A stretch of 64,000 bases of DNA, from assembly GCF_963853765.1 (NCBI RefSeq), contig NC_088854.1, positions 11,594,001-11,658,000 on the forward strand. The letters are read 5' to 3'. Shown here piece by piece: positions 61,845-64,000 of the stretch; within the stretch, counting starts at the first letter, position 1, and each line of letters opens with the position of its first letter. The notes beneath the pieces were generated by a model. It saw nothing but the letters and a program-made list of their open reading frames with translations, did no database searches and was not told where the DNA came from. Position numbers and translations under genes: made by a program. This DNA is from Magallana gigas (lineage: Eukaryota).

Positions 61845-63744
61845 TCATCTTCCATTTCTGTATCTTGGCCTTCTTGAGTTTCTACCTCTAGAACCGCAGT
61901 CACCTGTTTAATAGAAATTTTGAATGGTACTTGTTGGTAGTGTAAGTGCTTGAAACAGGTACATGTAATATGCTTTTATAATAAAAGGGGGTTGGAATTG
62001 AATAATTTCTACTTAGCTAATTAGGAAACGATTTTTTGACTTTCTCAATGTCAAAGAAAAGAGGATCAAATTGACCTGGAATCTTGGCTCTTACATAACC
62101 CACTGGACTATTAATTAGTCTGCCAGGCATGTTCATGAACCATGGCTTCCTTTCTCTTGGAATTGGATAAAAGGTTTGAGTGGCGAAGGGCACTTACATG
62201 GGGATGTGTGGTGATAGGGACCGAATGTGTATTCTGTTAATTGTACTCACATGACCCAATTTTCTCTTCTAAATGGGAAATCTGATCACTGAGGGAGGAA
62301 ATTATGTCAAATTCGTATGGGTCTTCAGTTGTGGTAGTGGGTGGCGGTGTTGTGTAGGATTTCAGTTCCTCCACTTGCACCATGGCATCATTGTAGTACC
62401 TCTCTAACACTGAGAAATTACCCCGCATCTCCTCCTGCAAGAGTGTGCACAGTTGTGAAATACCCTTAAAATATACCTGTAGAAACCACTGTTATATCAA
62501 GTAAATTAATTAAAAGGGTGATTATAATTACAGGTACTTACTTTTTCTTTCTCTACCATGTTTATTCGACCTTGCAAAGTGTTGACTTGGTTCATCATCG
62601 TTTCCAACTGAGGCAAACACAATGGGCAAACTAACAAAGACATAAGTATAGTATAGATAAGTAAAATGCAAGACGCAGTACATAATGAGGCATGGGTAAT
62701 GTAAGGATGAAAGGTTACTTCATAAGTATATTTTTCCAGGTTATTAACTTACATTCGCATTTATAGCTATCAACTGATTTGAACCCATGGAAACATCCAC
62801 ATTCAAATCCACCGATCGTGTTTTTGCAAATTTGTTGACAACTGCTTCGTCCTGTCAAACACTCATCTACGTCTACAAGAAAGACAGTCAGAATTTACTC
62901 ACATTATCTTAATAAAACTCTCCAGAAGAGAACATGGTGGGCTGTTACTTAACCCTACCTTTCTCGCATTGATGTCCGGTGTAATACGGTGGACATTCAC
63001 ATTGGTTTGGTCCAACACAAATTCCGCCATTTTGGCACCCGTGTCGACAAATGGCTATAAAATTGATATGTAACGAATTTAATGTGTTTCAATTATAAAA
63101 ATACATTTTGCGCTGAAAATGTGTGCGATTTAAGTGTTTACACTTTTGCATACACCAAATGTATATAACTAACAAATAGACCAACAAAGCTTTTCAAGAA
63201 TACATTATTTTATAGATTTCAACGATGTGCCGTTTTAATGTGTGTTACTAGATAATGTTGTTAGAAAAGTAACAAAACTCCATATAAATTAATAGGTCTT
63301 TTCTTACGCGCCAAACAAGCCAGATCCCGTGGGTTCTCTTTGGTCCATCCCGGACAGCATCGCTTGTACTCCCCCGGAATCACTCGTTTGCGGAACACTG
63401 TTCTATAGGCTATCCTCATGTAGACCCTGATAATTGTGAAATCGAGATTAATATCAAACATATTCCAATATCGTAACCCATGATGGTGCATCTGTTAAAA
63501 CTTGGAAGTACCTTGTGGAGTTTTCACAAGTATCGTTATTCGAACACAGCTTTGGGCTGTAAAATGGCCGTCGGTAGGATTGCCTCGTTGGTATTAGTTC
63601 TATTCTATCGCCTTGGTACGTGCAAACCCGTCTCCTACAATAAAACAAGACCATAATCAACTGAATTGACGATATATATGACGAACACTCCGATAGGACA
63701 GTGGCAAAAAACAAAAACAAAACAAACAACGAAACTTTTTCCAT
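61845..63744 (-). CDS. EGFL7: EGF-like domain-containing protein 7/8-like (EMI, EGF, cbEGF, coiled coil), about 299 aa; N-terminus uncertain
   Basis: Exons 63744(or 63634)-63512, 63426-63308, 63054-62959, 62872-62753, 62630-62542, 62434-62251, 61903-61845, all GT-AG and in frame. EMI RRVC...RIAYRTV...CCPGW; EGF PICRHGCQNGGICVGPNQCECPPYYTGHQCE; cbEGF DVDECLTG...CKNTIGGFECGC; C-terminal ISSLSDQISHLEEKIGSCDC resembles the EGFL7/8 LSEQISFLEEQLGSCSC hallmark. Confidence 0.8.
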
Positions 63745-63884
63745 ATTTGTCTTTACTTTTTATAATGTTATAAATAACTTTAAAGTTTTTGACATTCGCC
63801 AGATATGCACATGTAAAGGTGGTAAGCTAAGCGCTGTTTTGGAATGTTTTATTTTTAAGTTGAAGGATTTATTCCGTCAATATG

Positions 63885-63918
63885 AGAGAGAGAGAGAGAG
63901 AGAGAAAGAGAAAGAAAG
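63885..63918. repeat. (GA)n microsatellite
   Basis: Direct read. Confidence 0.9.
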
Positions 63919-64000
63919 ATGGTGGTATATCTGCGTTGTCTTGTACAGTGACACGGCTTCTGCGACCTCTAGACACTTCTACAGAGAAACAGAAAAAGGC

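Noticed and set aside
63492-63511. 20-nt GT...AG segment joining ORFs 63454-63744 and 63261-63491
   Set aside because: Too short for an intron; the 85-nt intron 63427-63511 gives a proper EMI domain.

Overview
AT-rich eukaryotic (metazoan) genomic DNA, not prokaryotic. The repeat families suggest an oyster (Crassostrea/Magallana), which is an inference. Most ORF-track entries are exon fragments or spurious. I reconstructed three spliced genes by hand from GT-AG sites and reading-frame continuity. (1) Minus strand: a FREM2/ECM3-like basement-membrane gene with 23 coding exons in the window (2902 codons; continues past position 1). It has a 5023-nt first coding exon of CSPG repeats, five Calx-beta domains and the FRAS1/FREM C-terminal region. 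(2) Plus strand, 34866-60437: an unnamed 43-exon type I membrane mosaic protein of about 1874 aa. It has a signal peptide, 17 six-Cys lustrin-like repeats, 4 WAP, 3 thyroglobulin type-1, 3 Kunitz, PAN/apple, a follistatin-N-like module, 3 copies of an 8-Cys module I cannot name, an SEA-like domain, a TM helix and a short tail. 32 of its exons are phase 1-1 cassettes, and several are near-identical duplicates. (3) Minus strand, 61845-63744: an EGFL7/EGFL8-like gene (EMI, EGF, cbEGF, coiled coil). Introns and the intergenic region hold TA-flanked MITEs, Helentron-type non-autonomous elements (two with internal tandem arrays, one tandem pair carrying a tRNA-like cassette), a 161-bp palindrome, and mini- and microsatellites. 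No rRNA, CRISPR array or intact transposase was seen. All coordinates were counted by hand and may be off by a base or two.
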